This document shows, one piece after another, positions 47,173 through 59,747 of a stretch of DNA of 64,000 nucleotides. Both the position numbers and the translations under genes were made by a program. Under the pieces are notes generated by a model that did no database searches, had not been told where the DNA came from, and saw only the letters and a program-made list of their open reading frames with translations. The stretch's first letter is position 1. Every line of letters begins with the position of its first letter. This DNA comes from an uncultured Nitrososphaerales archaeon (GTDB lineage Archaea > Thermoproteota > Nitrososphaeria > Nitrososphaerales > Nitrososphaeraceae), in the NCBI GenBank assembly GCA_963709405.1, contig CAVPXM010000021.1, forward strand, positions 96,001 to 160,000, read 5' to 3'.

Positions 47173-47604
47173 TTATAGTGTATTTCTGATATTTCTGTAT
47201 ATTAATTCAACTTGATCTGAATTTAAATTAGGTCTTCTTTTGAACATAGAGTGAATAGGTCCAGCACCATCATTCTTAGTCCTTGGTACAATATGAACAT
47301 GGAGATGCGGTATTTCTTGCCCAGCTTCTTTACCGTTGTGAATAGCTATCGTAGTCGAGTTCACGCCCATAGCATTCTCCAATGCCGCTGAGATTTTCCT
47401 TACTAAATCAAAGACCGAGTGTGTAGAATCTTGGTCCATATCTTGAACTTTGGGATAATGAAATTTCGGAATAACTAGGGCGTGGCCAGCCGACAACGGA
47501 AAAGCATCTAGGATAACAACTGCCAAGTCATCTTGTTCTAGAATCCTTGCTGGAATTTTGCCTCGGATAATCTTGCAGAATATACAGGTCAGATCAATTG
47601 TCAT
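47173..47604 (-). CDS. HIT-family nucleotide hydrolase
   Basis: CIFCKI, GHALVIPK, AGQEIPHLHVHIVPR. Confidence 0.96.
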   Translation of the reverse strand: MTIDLTCIFCKIIRGKIPARILEQDDLAVVILDAFPLSAGHALVIPKFHYPKVQDMDQDSTHSVFDLVRKISAALENAMGVNSTTIAIHNGKEAGQEIPHLHVHIVPRTKNDGAGPIHSMFKRRPNLNSDQVELIYRNIRNTL

Positions 47605-48098
47605 GTTAATCTTATCCGTATAAGTAGTAAATAAATGAAAAGTGTGATGGATTGCGAATGCTTTAGATTAGTCGAGTAGTGAATTCATATCTAGTCAGGA
47701 AATTCCGACTCCTTGAAAAGTATCTCGGCAATTCCATATCCTGAAATTGTCCCAATAACGCTAGCGAATCATACCGATACTAGAACAGTCGTCAATCTGA
47801 AAATTCCTTCTAAATTCGGGATGATCGATTGAAATGTGGCGAAGCGGGATATAGGAACATGTGATCTATCTATAGAGCAACGTCTTCTAGGGACTAACAT
47901 GCGTTATAATAAAGCATATAAGATGAAGACGAATGTGATGATGTTTGCTGAAGCTACATCATCCGAAGTAATAACAGGACCTACAAGTTAGTGCTGCCTC
48001 TTAATTCTTCTTGTCATATGCCATTTCGTGAGTTATATTTCTGGATAGACTAGGTTATTTGAAATAATTATATCCTTTCACTAATCCGTGCTATATAG

Positions 48099-49164
48099 TA
48101 GATCTCTTGCGTAATTAGCAGTTATGATCTATTAATGCTGCCCTATTTTGACTGTATTCTTAGATTGAAATCCTGTTAGACTGCATCACTCTGAAGTTCA
48201 GTATACCGGATACAATATCAGATATGTTATTGTACCTTCTTAGTTTGTTTCTGAACTTAGTACCCATTATTCCAAACTTCTTGATCTTGCATATGGTGTG
48301 TTCTACTATGATCCTGAGTCTTGAGTGATTCTTGTTGTATCTCATATCGTCATTTGAAAGCAAGGTATTCTTTTTCTTTCTAATGGGAAGTACAGACTTT
48401 ACTGTGGGAAAGTCCTTTTCAATACCAAGATAACCAAGATCAACTATATTGTCAACTTGTGATGGAGTTATAGTAGGATGATTGTGTTTGTAAATGTCAT
48501 AATCATGTTTTCTTCCATTCCTGTGACCTGTCTTATGCAGGATCAAACCTTCAGTATTAACCATCAATTGTGTCTTGACAGTATGTTTCCTCTTTCTACC
48601 TGAATAGTAACTCTTTCTCTTTCTCTTCTCTTGTTCTTAGGTCTTGGAATCTCCTGTTCTGTAGAGTCTATGAAAGCCTTGAATCCAGGGAAGTACCTGT
48701 TCAACTTCCTCTATAGTTCTTAATCTCTTAGTACGTTTGTATATCTTCTTTGGCAATGGAATACACTCCTTTAGCAAAGATTCTAGGATAGTCAAATCTC
48801 TAAATACATTGCTCTGGTCAAGATCAAATAGAAATCCCGATAATGCATATGTAATGTACAATCGATAATAAATAAACCAAAAGCATTAGAAGTCTTTCTC
48901 TTGGTTTCAGTTTAAACGGTCTACCGGCACCAACCAACATCTCTTTTCCTCTTCCTTTTAGAAAGACGTCTTCTTTCATATTCCTCATATTTCGAGTCCA
49001 TTTCTGTGCTTATTTGATCAAATTCTGGTACAGTTAGTCCAGTAAGTGACCTGAATAACAAAGGCTTTTTGCATAGTCTTCTATATGACATCAAAGAGAT
49101 ATCACATAAATATCCTATATGACGTCGAATATAGCTGTAAGCTTCTAATTACGCAAGAGATCTA
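48099..49164 (-). mobile_element. IS5-family (ISL2-like) element, frameshifted transposase
   Basis: Perfect 20-bp inverted ends tagatctcttgcgtaattag / ctaattacgcaagagatcta (outer TA is probably the target); LFRSLTGLTVPEFD, YYSGRKRKHTVKTQ, VDLGYLG, RIIVEHTICKIKKF. Confidence 0.93.
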
Positions 49165-49476
49165 GTGTATTAGATTAAACCAAGGCTTGATATCTTTATT
49201 TATAATTTCTTGACAGAAATCCGAACCCATCTCGGGAGGGATCATGTTACACGAGTATAGAAGCAAAGCGACTAACTAAGGAATAACGGAGTATTCGCAC
49301 TGAAATCATATTTGATTCATTCTACAGATCTTATATCGAGGGATTCAACTAATTATTTTCAATTCATTCTATAGAGACACGTTGACAGTTTTGATGAGAG
49401 TGAGTTTATGTAACCAGATTCTTTAGCTATTTTTGGTCTCTTCGATATATATTAGACTCAACAGCATTGACTAAAT

Positions 49477-50454
49477 GTGCACAATGAGTTAGCACATACT
49501 GCAGAACACGCTTTCATCGGATCTCTTCAGAAGCTAATTGGCATGACATTAGAGGTAAGAAAGGTGGACCATCGTGACAACGATAGCGTAGTTTTTGTTG
49601 GTGCTAAATATTTAGATGCTGAGCTGATCGCTAAAGCACAATCTGAAGTAAATGTCCTGATCGTGACTGGTAGGAAAGTCTTTACACACTCATTTTCGTC
49701 ATTGACAAAAGCTAAGGAACAATTCCAGTCGCTCAGAGCTAATGAAGCACGAATAAAAGAAGATGAGCCAGTGAAAGTTGTTGAGATATATGGACATGAT
49801 GTTGCAGCATGTGTCAGAGAACATGTAAAAGACATGACTAGCTGCGGTCTCTTTTTGGTAACACGCGTATCCAAGACTGAGAAAGAATATGAGATAAATT
49901 TTGTAGTAGGTGAACAGGCTAGACAAACCGCCATGGATTTGTCGCTGAGACTAGTGAAAATCAGCGGTGAATTAGGAGCGAATATTAATACTCTTGAAAG
50001 TACAATCAAAAAATTAAAAAAAGACAATGAAAGATATCTTAGAAATCTGAAAACTCTGACTAGAGAAAGACTTCGCGCTCTTACCCCGAACAATATAGTT
50101 ACTAATCACACTCAAGATTGCTTTATTATCAAGGGCGTCTTTTCTGGCTTATTAGATACTGAAATCCGTTCGTTTGCGGCGAAAAAAATTGGATGTGATA
50201 ATACAATAGTTATACTTGCGAACAAAATTGATGATTCAGAACAGAACCTAGCCAACATTGTCTTCGCGAGATCTCCATCCATAGCTATCGATTGTGGGAA
50301 ATTATTTCGCAATAAAGTACCTGCAGGGAAGGGTGGAGGAAAGCCAGATTTTTTTACTGGGATAGTTAATGGAACTGAAGTACACGATGCTGTAACTCTC
50401 TTAACTAGTTCTGTCCTCCATGCCATTTCAGACACAAAGTTAATTTCAACGTAA
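49477..50454 (+). CDS. AlaX-like tRNA editing protein with C-terminal DHHA1-like domain
   Basis: HTAEH and CVREH zinc motifs; coiled coil; GKGGGKPDF. Confidence 0.85.
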   Translation: MHNELAHTAEHAFIGSLQKLIGMTLEVRKVDHRDNDSVVFVGAKYLDAELIAKAQSEVNVLIVTGRKVFTHSFSSLTKAKEQFQSLRANEARIKEDEPVKVVEIYGHDVAACVREHVKDMTSCGLFLVTRVSKTEKEYEINFVVGEQARQTAMDLSLRLVKISGELGANINTLESTIKKLKKDNERYLRNLKTLTRERLRALTPNNIVTNHTQDCFIIKGVFSGLLDTEIRSFAAKKIGCDNTIVILANKIDDSEQNLANIVFARSPSIAIDCGKLFRNKVPAGKGGGKPDFFTGIVNGTEVHDAVTLLTSSVLHAISDTKLIST

Positions 50455-50506
50455 AATGATCCATTTTGATAACATAAATTTTCCTGGGCTAGGACATTTT
50501 ACTTTC

Positions 50507-51157
50507 CTAAGAGAACACTGGATCATTGATTCCTAAAGATCTAAATGATTCTCGTCTCTCGATACATGCGTAGCAGTTTCGACAATGGGACCTGCCGTCG
50601 TTATGACAACTCCAGGTTAATTCAATAGGTACCTTCAATTTAATAGCAAGAGTAATTATCTTCTTCCTGTGCAAGTTGCATAACGGGAGGATTATATTTA
50701 ATGATTGCATTGTCCGCATCTTGGAACCTTCCCTAAATAAGAGCGCTAATTTTTGGATATAGTTTTGGGTTGCATCCTTGAAGAAATATCCGTCATGACG
50801 ATTATGCCCACCTACGATTGAGGTTATGTTCAAATTCTCTGCATGGTATAGGGCAATAGAATAGAACATGAGATTTCTAGCTGGAATGTAAGCGGACCAT
50901 CTTGAATCAGAATTCGCCGTCCGAATTGGCCTGTATGTATTTGCACTTTCTTTCATAAAAGGGACGTCTAATTTTATCAGATTGGTAATTCGGGCTTCGT
51001 TCGCTAATTGGATGGCTGCCTCTCTCTCCCGTTTACTCCTATCATGGTAATTGAAGGTTATTGCGTATACAACAGAAAATCTTTGTTTTGCCCAATATAG
51101 GCACGTAGCAGAGTCTAATCCTCCCGAAAGCAGGACCAGGGCTTTTTGGCCGTTCAT
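50507..51157 (-). CDS. queC: 7-cyano-7-deazaguanine synthase
   Basis: LLSGGLDS, YIPARN, TWSC...HCRNCYAC. Confidence 0.95.
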   Translation of the reverse strand: MNGQKALVLLSGGLDSATCLYWAKQRFSVVYAITFNYHDRSKREREAAIQLANEARITNLIKLDVPFMKESANTYRPIRTANSDSRWSAYIPARNLMFYSIALYHAENLNITSIVGGHNRHDGYFFKDATQNYIQKLALLFREGSKMRTMQSLNIILPLCNLHRKKIITLAIKLKVPIELTWSCHNDGRSHCRNCYACIERRESFRSLGINDPVFS

Positions 51158-51163
51158 CGTACA

Positions 51164-51976
51164 TTACTTCTTTAGTTCTGAAATTATGTGAGCCCCCTTG
51201 TTTACTCCCTCATACACATACACTCCTAACGCTTCTACATTTGCTGGCATTTTAGGTGCCATGAGCCTAATGATTTCCGATGACAAGGTTTCTACAGTGG
51301 CCTCTCCACTGAGCAGAAAAGTTGTGGGTTTCGGTAGTTGGAGCCTAAAATCACCCTTAGGCCCTGCAAATGAGACTAAATAGTGAAGGTCGCTTTCGCT
51401 CTCAAGATATTTCCTGCTTATAAAGAACTTGTGGTCTATAGTGTCGAGTGTCTCCTTGATAATTCTTTTTGCTTCCGCAAAATCGATAACAAGGTTATCG
51501 ACCATCCTGCCGATTATTTCTACCATAACGGTTGATGTGTGACCATGCAAGATAGAGCACTTGTCCACTAGTGGTAGGATATGGGCGTAATCGAAGGCTA
51601 ATGAAGGGTCTTCAATGAATATAGAGCTAGTTTGATTGTTATCTGAATCATAAAAAAAGAAGGAATCTAATTCACTAACTTTGGCTGCGTATTTTGATTG
51701 TCCAACAGCAACAATCTTCAAATCTGGTCTAAGGTTCCGAACTAGGTTGAATTTTTCCAAATCAAGATCAGAATCAATAACTTCCAAAAACCTCTCGCCT
51801 GTTTTGAAGTCGACAAAAACTCTGGTGGCATCATTTAGATCTAGTTCGAAATTATATTGATAATCATGACCCAGAACTGAAAGCAATTTTGATACCGTTA
51901 ACTCATTTCTGCTCTTTAACAGATTGCCTCGATCATCAATATATCTTAAATCTTTTTCAAGTGCAACTCTTTCCAT
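51164..51976 (-). CDS. queD: 6-carboxy-tetrahydropterin synthase (QueD/PTPS) with extra N-terminal domain
   Basis: FDYAH...KCSILHGH, VIDF, DHKF, ATVE, VYEG; ~110 aa N-terminal extension. Confidence 0.88.
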   Translation of the reverse strand: MERVALEKDLRYIDDRGNLLKSRNELTVSKLLSVLGHDYQYNFELDLNDATRVFVDFKTGERFLEVIDSDLDLEKFNLVRNLRPDLKIVAVGQSKYAAKVSELDSFFFYDSDNNQTSSIFIEDPSLAFDYAHILPLVDKCSILHGHTSTVMVEIIGRMVDNLVIDFAEAKRIIKETLDTIDHKFFISRKYLESESDLHYLVSFAGPKGDFRLQLPKPTTFLLSGEATVETLSSEIIRLMAPKMPANVEALGVYVYEGVNKGAHIISELKK

Positions 51977-52905
51977 TGAAATTTTTCCGATAGGAATCGG
52001 ATTAGCCCATATATCAGTTATTCTAAATATATCTTGCCCGAAGAAAGACGTTGCCTGATTAACTAAATTTACAAGTCACATAGGATGCAGGAAGCACTTT
52101 CAAATTATAAATACTATATCTTTTTTGTTAATTTTCCTAACTTCCTTTAACATCCATTAGAAGTATTTGAAATGATTAAATGACAGTTTTAGGAAACAAG
52201 GTTAGTTGACTCGATAGCTGGTTGTAATATTGTACAGAGCAAACTACATCGCGGCAGTCACGTCGCTGTTCAGTAAATCTCACGTCTTACAATTATCTTC
52301 ACGGTGTTACAAAAATATATACCTGATACAAAATTAGCCATATTCTATCGGTCAGAGATCTCTTCTTTGCCTTCCTTGATCAAATTGAAACGAGCAAGTA
52401 CGCGTCTATTTATTCCTATCAGCAGGCCATAACAAATTAGCAATAATAGGTCGAATGCGATGGTCGCAAGCAATACAGTTGAATTATTTACGTCTATTAC
52501 TCCTCTTCGACTTGGTACAAATAAACTGCCAACAAACAAGATCGATATCACAAGGTGTGATGCCGTTCCAATTACATACGCAATGTGAATATGTGTTCCT
52601 CCCCTTACATAAATTGAGTCAGATGCAAATTTTCATGGTTAGGGTCAATATGAGTATAAGAATATGCAGTTTGTAACGGATCACAAGTTGAAAGAATTAT
52701 GATGACAACTAGAACAAGTATTGACAACGTATCGATGTCTAATCAGCATCGATTTATGCCAGTACCTTGCATTATCGTCGGACTACATTCGTTCAATTTG
52801 TTATTTTATCCTTATTTTCCAGATCAGATTGAGAATTCGTCTCCAAAAAGCTGTATATAATAACAGCCTGAAAAGTATAATAGAGATTATAATATATCAA
52901 GGATA

Positions 52906-53343
52906 ATGAGACAAGAACATGTAACTCTGCAAAATGTAGAGGTTTCACAAGTATATGATCAAATCAAAAAATATCTCCAAGGGCTCAAACTGGACATAAT
53001 CCATGAAGAGAAAATTGAAAATTATTGGAATATTAAGGCGCATAAGGGTACTAAAGGTAGTGTTATCATTGGGAATGTGAGAGATGTTGAGGTAATGATA
53101 AGTGGCAGTGAAGGTAATTATGATTTAATCTTGCGAACTGGTGCGTGGGGTAAAGACATAATCGTTCCAACAGCTATAGCAGGTGTTCTGACTGCAGGAG
53201 TAGCTGTAATTCCTGTAGCTGCAGTGTCAGGATATAGAGCACACGCGTTTGAGAAAAATTTCTGGAACTTTATCAAAAAGACACTGGCCGACACCGGAAA
53301 TGCAAATGCAATAATGTCTGACCCAGTAACGGTAACGCATTAA
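52906..53343 (+). CDS. Hypothetical protein with hydrophobic Gly/Ala hairpin
   Basis: 145 aa ORF; no family recognised. Confidence 0.75.
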   Translation: MRQEHVTLQNVEVSQVYDQIKKYLQGLKLDIIHEEKIENYWNIKAHKGTKGSVIIGNVRDVEVMISGSEGNYDLILRTGAWGKDIIVPTAIAGVLTAGVAVIPVAAVSGYRAHAFEKNFWNFIKKTLADTGNANAIMSDPVTVTH

Positions 53344-53676
53344 ATTAACAACATTCAAGACCTGGCTGATAAAAATATCAAATAAGGTAATGGTAAAGGA
53401 AATTAATGATTTAGCTTAGGTATTGATTGTTCCAACCATTTTTTGTACAAACAAATCATTTATACAAACAAATCGTACTATCTACGACTATTGCTTACTT
53501 TAAGGTATTACTAAGTTAGATATGTATTACTATAGGTATCAAAACTGAATGTCACAAAGAAGATATTATTCTAAATTCCCTTTTTAATTACCGGGTTGTT
53601 TGGCGCTGCCAGTAGAGGTTACATAATACGTATTCATGAAACGATCTATAATTGTCCAGTAGCAATACATCCAAAA

Positions 53677-54024
53677 CTACTTGCAGCATTGGTCAGGATC
53701 CGTAATGCTCGGATTATTTTGCAATAGATCTTCAATCCAAATATGTTGAATGATGTGAGATGGTATTAATTCTCTTCGAATCATTAGGTTGGAGCTTTCA
53801 TTTTTGTAAAATGTAATCGTGACAAAGTCAGCCACTATCTGAATATTTATCGCTTCGCAGTCCACCTCTGATTTCGACGCATCAAATTCCTCGACAGTCT
53901 CGATCACAGATTTCGTTTTTCTCCTCGATAGATACTGAACAATTATGTTTTTTACCTCTAAGCCATGAAATTTGACTATCCTTGTTCTGGTTTCGTTCAC
54001 GAAATTTTCTAAATATCGACACAT
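53677..54024 (-). CDS. Hypothetical protein
   Basis: 115 aa ORF; start uncertain. Confidence 0.55.
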   Translation of the reverse strand: MCRYLENFVNETRTRIVKFHGLEVKNIIVQYLSRRKTKSVIETVEEFDASKSEVDCEAINIQIVADFVTITFYKNESSNLMIRRELIPSHIIQHIWIEDLLQNNPSITDPDQCCK

Positions 54025-54520
54025 AATAAAGTGTTCTTATCGATATTTGCTTCTGAAATGTCTTATGAGGCTGATTGAACTATGTACGTTTATCGCGATT
54101 ATGTGAGAGCTAATTTGCACCATTTGCTCTTCTTGATGCTGATTCAATGATATGAGGCTAAATATAGCTACATTTGGAGTTATCCCTTGAATATGTACTA
54201 AGGGCTGATAAAGGCTCATCTCTTCATTAGACCAGGGGCTATTATACTTTGCCTCATGGGATTTCAGAACAAGTCACTTTGATTATGATGCAATTATCCT
54301 CATAGCGAGAATGCGGATGAATTAAGAATAAATTGTGAATAAATTTCGAACCTTCAGAAATCATCTGTCACGCTGTTCCCCTTCGATTCAACCATTCAAG
54401 ACAGAAGTAAATCATAAAGTTGGAGACTAACTGATAACAATCGTTGTCAGACCCATATGATACTAATGATTCAAGGAACATTCGAGGAAATCCCAAGAAA
54501 CCGTAACAGCTTCTATTAAC

Positions 54521-55568
54521 TGTTGTACTTCCTAACATAGGTGACAATTTAGCTTACAGACATGGGTTACACTTCTGCTGTCAGGAAGTGAATCCATATA
54601 GAAATCAGAACAAGGTTTAATCTAATACATGAGAAAGAATGGACTGGCGATACAGTATCTAATATTTGTAAAAGATACGGTACATCCAGAAAGACTTACT
54701 ACAAGTGGAATAACAGATACAAACAGAAAGGGATAGAAGGACTTCTAGATAACTCTAAAAGACCTCATAATACTCCATGTAGAAAGGTAACATCAGAAAT
54801 AGAAGAGACAATACTTGATCTACGACTAACCAAAAGGTTTGGATGTAGCAGGATCAAGTTTAGATTAAGAAAGGTTATTGGAATCTCGTTAAGCACCAGA
54901 ACTATCTACAAGATACTAAAGAGACATGGGCTTAATATCCTCAAATGTCAAGGCCAAAATAAGAAGATACAAACGGTTCGCAATGAGGCATCCAAATGAG
55001 ATGGTACAGATGGATATCCTTGGCCCTTTCTATCTGAGTAATTCCAGTCAAAGGAATTATTACATCATCAGCTGTCTGGATGATTGTTCAAGAAAAGTAG
55101 CAAGCAGATGGTCTAAAAGAAAGAGGTCAGTAGATGTTCTCAATGTATTAGAGGACTGGATAATCATTAATGGCAAGCCTGAAAAGATAATGCATGACAA
55201 TGGAAAGCAGTTTACATCCAAAATGTTCAGACATTTCCTCGTACACAATCAGATAAAGGATAAGCAAATACCAAATTCATTCTTACCCACAGCTACAAGG
55301 GAAAATAGAAGCATATAACAAGATAGTGAAAAATGAGTTTCTAGCAATAGAAGAAGATATACCAAACATAGATGATGGTAGAGCTAAGATATGACATGTT
55401 TATAAAAGCGTACAATGAAACGAGAGAACATGGAGGAATAAATGGTCTTACTCCATCAGAGATGTTTCTACAAAGATTAATTACATCCACCATAAGTATA
55501 AGAACTAAGCAGCAAAGTGTAACCCATGTAGGTACTTAATAATGTAACCTATCTGTGCAAGTACAACA
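54521..55568 (+). mobile_element. IS481-family insertion sequence, frameshifted transposase
   Basis: Ends tgttgtactt / aagtacaaca; 6-bp target duplication attaac on both sides; HTH SRKTYYKWNNRY; VQMDILGP, HDNGKQF, QGKIEA. Confidence 0.95.
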
Positions 55569-55638
55569 ATTAACTTACGCATATATTCCTAAAACCTTTC
55601 GATAGTGGGGTATTTATCTCCTTTTACATATCCACTAA

Positions 55639-57043
55639 ATGAGCATGCCAATTTTACCCATAGATTCAGGACGGTATGGAAGTAATGAAATGAGACTAAT
55701 ATTTGAGGAAAGTACCAGATTAAAATATCAACTTCAATTCGAGGCTGCCGTAGCAGCAGCACAGGAACGAATCAGAATTATTCCGAAAACCGCTGCCATT
55801 GAAATTAACAGAATAGTAAAAGAAAATCTCGTCGACATAAATAGAATAAAAGAGTTAGAGGCAATCAGTGATCATGATACGGCTCGCTTTGATCGAAGCC
55901 TTAAGCGAGCTATGCTCTTCAAAAACGAAACCTTGGGTACATTATGGTTTGACTAGTAGCGATGTTGTAGATACGAGCATTTCTATGCAACTCCGAGATG
56001 CATTCGGGATAATAGAGTCCAAAATCTCCAGTCTAATTGAGAGATTATTAGATAAAGCGCACGAATTTGATAGCCAGCCGGCAGTAGGAAGAACTCATGG
56101 CCAACATGCTAGTATTATTTCCTTCGGACTCAAATTTGCCGTGTGGGCATCCGAAATGATGAGGCATTTGGAACGAATTGAGGAAGGGAAAAAGAGGATC
56201 TTAGCATGTAAAACATTAGGAGTCGTAGGAACAGGTTCTCTGATGGGAAGGCGCGCACTGGAAGTGCAGAGATCCGTTTCTATCAATCTGCATCTCTATC
56301 CAATCGACGCCAGTACGCAAGTGATCCCGCGAGAGAGATTCGCTGAAGCGCAATTTATCATGGCACTTATTGGTTGCAGCCTAGACAAGATTGCTACCGA
56401 AATTAGGAATCTACAGAGGACAGAAATTGGAGAGTTAGCAGAGCCCTTCAGAACGGGGCAGGTGGGTAGCAGTGCTGTTCCAGTCAAACGAAATCCAATC
56501 AAAAGTGAGAGAGTTTCATCACTCGCCCGTCTACTTAGACCATTGGTAATTGTATCTATGGAAAATATCTCTTTGTGGCACGAAAGAGATCTAACAAATT
56601 CAGCAAATGAGAGGTTTACTATCCCAATGGCCTCTATTTTACTAGACGAGATGCTCGATTCGATGATTAGGGTTATTTCGGAATTACGAATAAATAAAGA
56701 AAAAATTGCTTCCAATATAGAGATAACTGCTGGGAAAATTTACGCGGAATTTGTGCTTGATGAGTTGATAAAGAAAGGGGTTCCCAGATTTGAGGCATAT
56801 AGAGACATACAAAGAGTAGCTTTCACATCTACTGACACAGACTTTTTTGATGCTATTAGACAGGATCCAAAGCTATCAAAAATACTGAGCGAGAAGGAAT
56901 TAGTGACCATATTTAATCCTCGAAACCACTTTGCAGCTTCATCCAAGATAATTTCTAACATCGACAAATTAGTCAAGCGGATGATTAGGAAGACCGTAAT
57001 CTACGATCAGAGCTCCAACATACGTAAATCAAAAGTATGTTAA
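55639..57043 (+). CDS. purB: Adenylosuccinate lyase (single frameshift near 55885, probably a sequencing error)
   Basis: ISDHD, VHYGLTSSD, GRTHGQHA, GSSAVPVKRNP, LWHERDLTNS. Confidence 0.95.
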
Positions 57044-57755
57044 CGGGTAATAAGAAATGCTATAGCCGGGACTTCCAATCCTTTTCAACGCAAATAACTA
57101 GGTCTTATCATGACTTCGAGTTGCTAGTAACATGTTTCTTAATAAGTATCGATATAGAAACACTTCAAGCTAAAGAATTCACTGGATAATATTTTACTGA
57201 TGACCCATTCAAAAGATTATCTAGACTGGGTGAGTTAGGCAAGCATCAGGCTTAGGTAATAAAGTTCTGCTGTCATCATTTATCTTAAGAGCAATGACGA
57301 TATTAGATATCGCAGATATGAATAGGATTTACTATCATATTAAAGGAAGCATTGAAGAATATAAAGAATTTTATTAGTTAAAGAATGACCTACAGAATGG
57401 AAATCATTGCTCCATTTACTAAGCGTTAGTAAGTGTCAATATCCGCACGATTCTTCTGACCTTTGCTCAAAAATATACGGAATACTTTCGTACTCTCCTA
57501 CATGGTTAGTGGCTTATAAAACCATGGTATAGATTATAAATGACACCTATTGTGGTGTATCCCTCCTCATGAAAGACACTAGATGCTCCAAGTATGTAGC
57601 CTTGCTAGAAAGCTTCGAATAACCGCCCAATTTGTAAAGTATTCTACATTACAGAACAGGCAACAATATCAGCTAGTATGAAGGTACACTTATTTCTTTG
57701 TACTTCAGTTATGATGCTCATATGATTTGTAGCCATAAATTGATAAGATACATAA

Positions 57756-58436
57756 ATGAATAAAAAGAATAAACTCGCTATGAAGGGTATTATCTTTGAT
57801 ATGGACGGTGTATTGATCAATTCCATGCCTACTCACTTCGAAGCGTGGAGAAGTGCCTTTATCGAGGTTGCGAATATCGTTGTGGATGAAAGGACGGTAT
57901 ATATGTTAGAGGGAATGCGTGGTATAGATCTAGTTAATAAGGTATTTGAATTGAACAACTACGATAACTATAATCTAGCTCAACGGGTAAACAGTAGAAA
58001 GAGTGATATTTTTAGAATTCAATTTAGAAATGTTCCGAAGCCGTTCGTAGGGGTTCAGGAATTACTAGAAAAATCAAAATGTCTCAAAGCCGTGGTAAGT
58101 GGATCTAATAGAGAAGATGTTACCGCTCTTCTTGAACAGTTTAATAATATCAATTTTGATGTTATTATCACTGCTGATGATATTGATAGAGGAAAACCTG
58201 ATCCAATAGCATTCATAACAGCATTGAGTAAAATGAATGTTGACAAGAAAGATGCCATAGTAGTTGAGAATGCTCCGTTAGGTATAGAGGCAGCAAATAG
58301 GGCCGGAATACAATCATTTGTAGTACTTAACGATAGTCCTTTATATCCTAAGGATTTCGATGGAAAAATTGACAAGAGGAGAATTCTTAAAGAGACACGT
58401 TTAGCATCTACGCAGCTGGAACAATGGTGTAGTTAG
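57756..58436 (+). CDS. HAD-family phosphatase (beta-PGM-like)
   Basis: IFDMDGVL, GKPDP, VVENAPLGIEAA. Confidence 0.93.
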   Translation: MNKKNKLAMKGIIFDMDGVLINSMPTHFEAWRSAFIEVANIVVDERTVYMLEGMRGIDLVNKVFELNNYDNYNLAQRVNSRKSDIFRIQFRNVPKPFVGVQELLEKSKCLKAVVSGSNREDVTALLEQFNNINFDVIITADDIDRGKPDPIAFITALSKMNVDKKDAIVVENAPLGIEAANRAGIQSFVVLNDSPLYPKDFDGKIDKRRILKETRLASTQLEQWCS

Positions 58437-58574
58437 AGTAAATTGGTAGTATTATATCCAAACGTGAATGATATTGGACAAATACTATGATTCGGAATCA
58501 ATTAATTAAGACTAGATACCAAACATGACTTGACAAAGTAATAATTATAATTACTTGTTGTTGCATGAGCTCGA

Positions 58575-58992
58575 ATGTCTACAAAAGCAAGTTTGACGAT
58601 CTTTGGTATAGTTGCACTGAGCTTGGCACTAATAGTAGCGGCTAGTTTACCGAATTTAGCAATTGCTGCCAACACGGGTAATAATGACAACGGAAAAGGT
58701 AATAGTGATAAAGGCAGCGGCGGAAGCAGGCGGAAGCAGCGGCGGAAGCAGCGGCGGACAGCGGCGGAAGCAGCAGCGGAAGGAGCGAAGCTCACCTAAC
58801 GATAATCAGCTTAGCAAAAAGCAGTTAAAAGAGATATCTAATTGTATTAGTGATGCAAATAAAGGACCTGGTGGACTTACTAGCAAAAAGGTAAGAGATT
58901 GTTACGATCAGACTACTGGTTTAACAACAACTACTCCGGGCTCATCGCTTACCGGTACTACAAGCACTAATACTAGTGGCACGTCAAAATAG
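58575..58992 (+). CDS. Small secreted Gly/Ser-rich protein (indels within a 12-bp repeat)
   Basis: The signal-peptide frame continues into a two-Cys helical domain across imperfect ggcggaagcagc repeats. Confidence 0.65.
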
Positions 58993-59747
58993 ACGACGAA
59001 ATTATTTTTTTTATTAGAAATAATAAAGTGTAAAATATTTTGTTATATTATAAGTCTATCATGTACTTTCCTGATTTAGAAATTCGGTGCGGTAAATATT
59101 AGATGATTTCAAGTAACACTGGCATATTCTACATGCTGGTTTATCGAGAGCCCAATCATGATGTCAAATTTGCTGATGTTTACTGATTGATCAAAAATGC
59201 TTTTTAGTTTAATATCGAATCGAGATTGGTATCTCTAAAAAGGGTGAGGAATCGAAGGCGGAATGTGTCAATATTTTCGGTTAAACTATTGTAATCTCGA
59301 GTCCTGCCTCGTGATGATGGTGTAGAAACCAACATCACTGCTAATAATTCTTCGGACTCACTAACGTTATTGATATGTAAGACTAACTTTCATGTTATTC
59401 GAATTCTTAAAACCATCGATAGTGGGGCGATTGCGTCATCACCGTTCTGATGCTTGCTTCTTAGATTATATACATAAATCGTTCCTATGTATAGAACTAA
59501 TTTACATATAGTCTCAGGTGCACTAAATTAGTAATTGCCAAAATTAGGTAATTGCTCGATTCTCAAATATACACAATTATATCGAAAATATGGTAAATTT
59601 TCTGGGCCATCATGAATTGACTATAGGGATTAACAGGCTAATCTCTTAAGAGACGAAGTCAATAACTTTATCGCACACAGAAGAATATGTATCCAAGCCT
59701 ATATTACGCCATACTGTGAGAGCAAAAAGGTAAGAATTCTTATTTTG

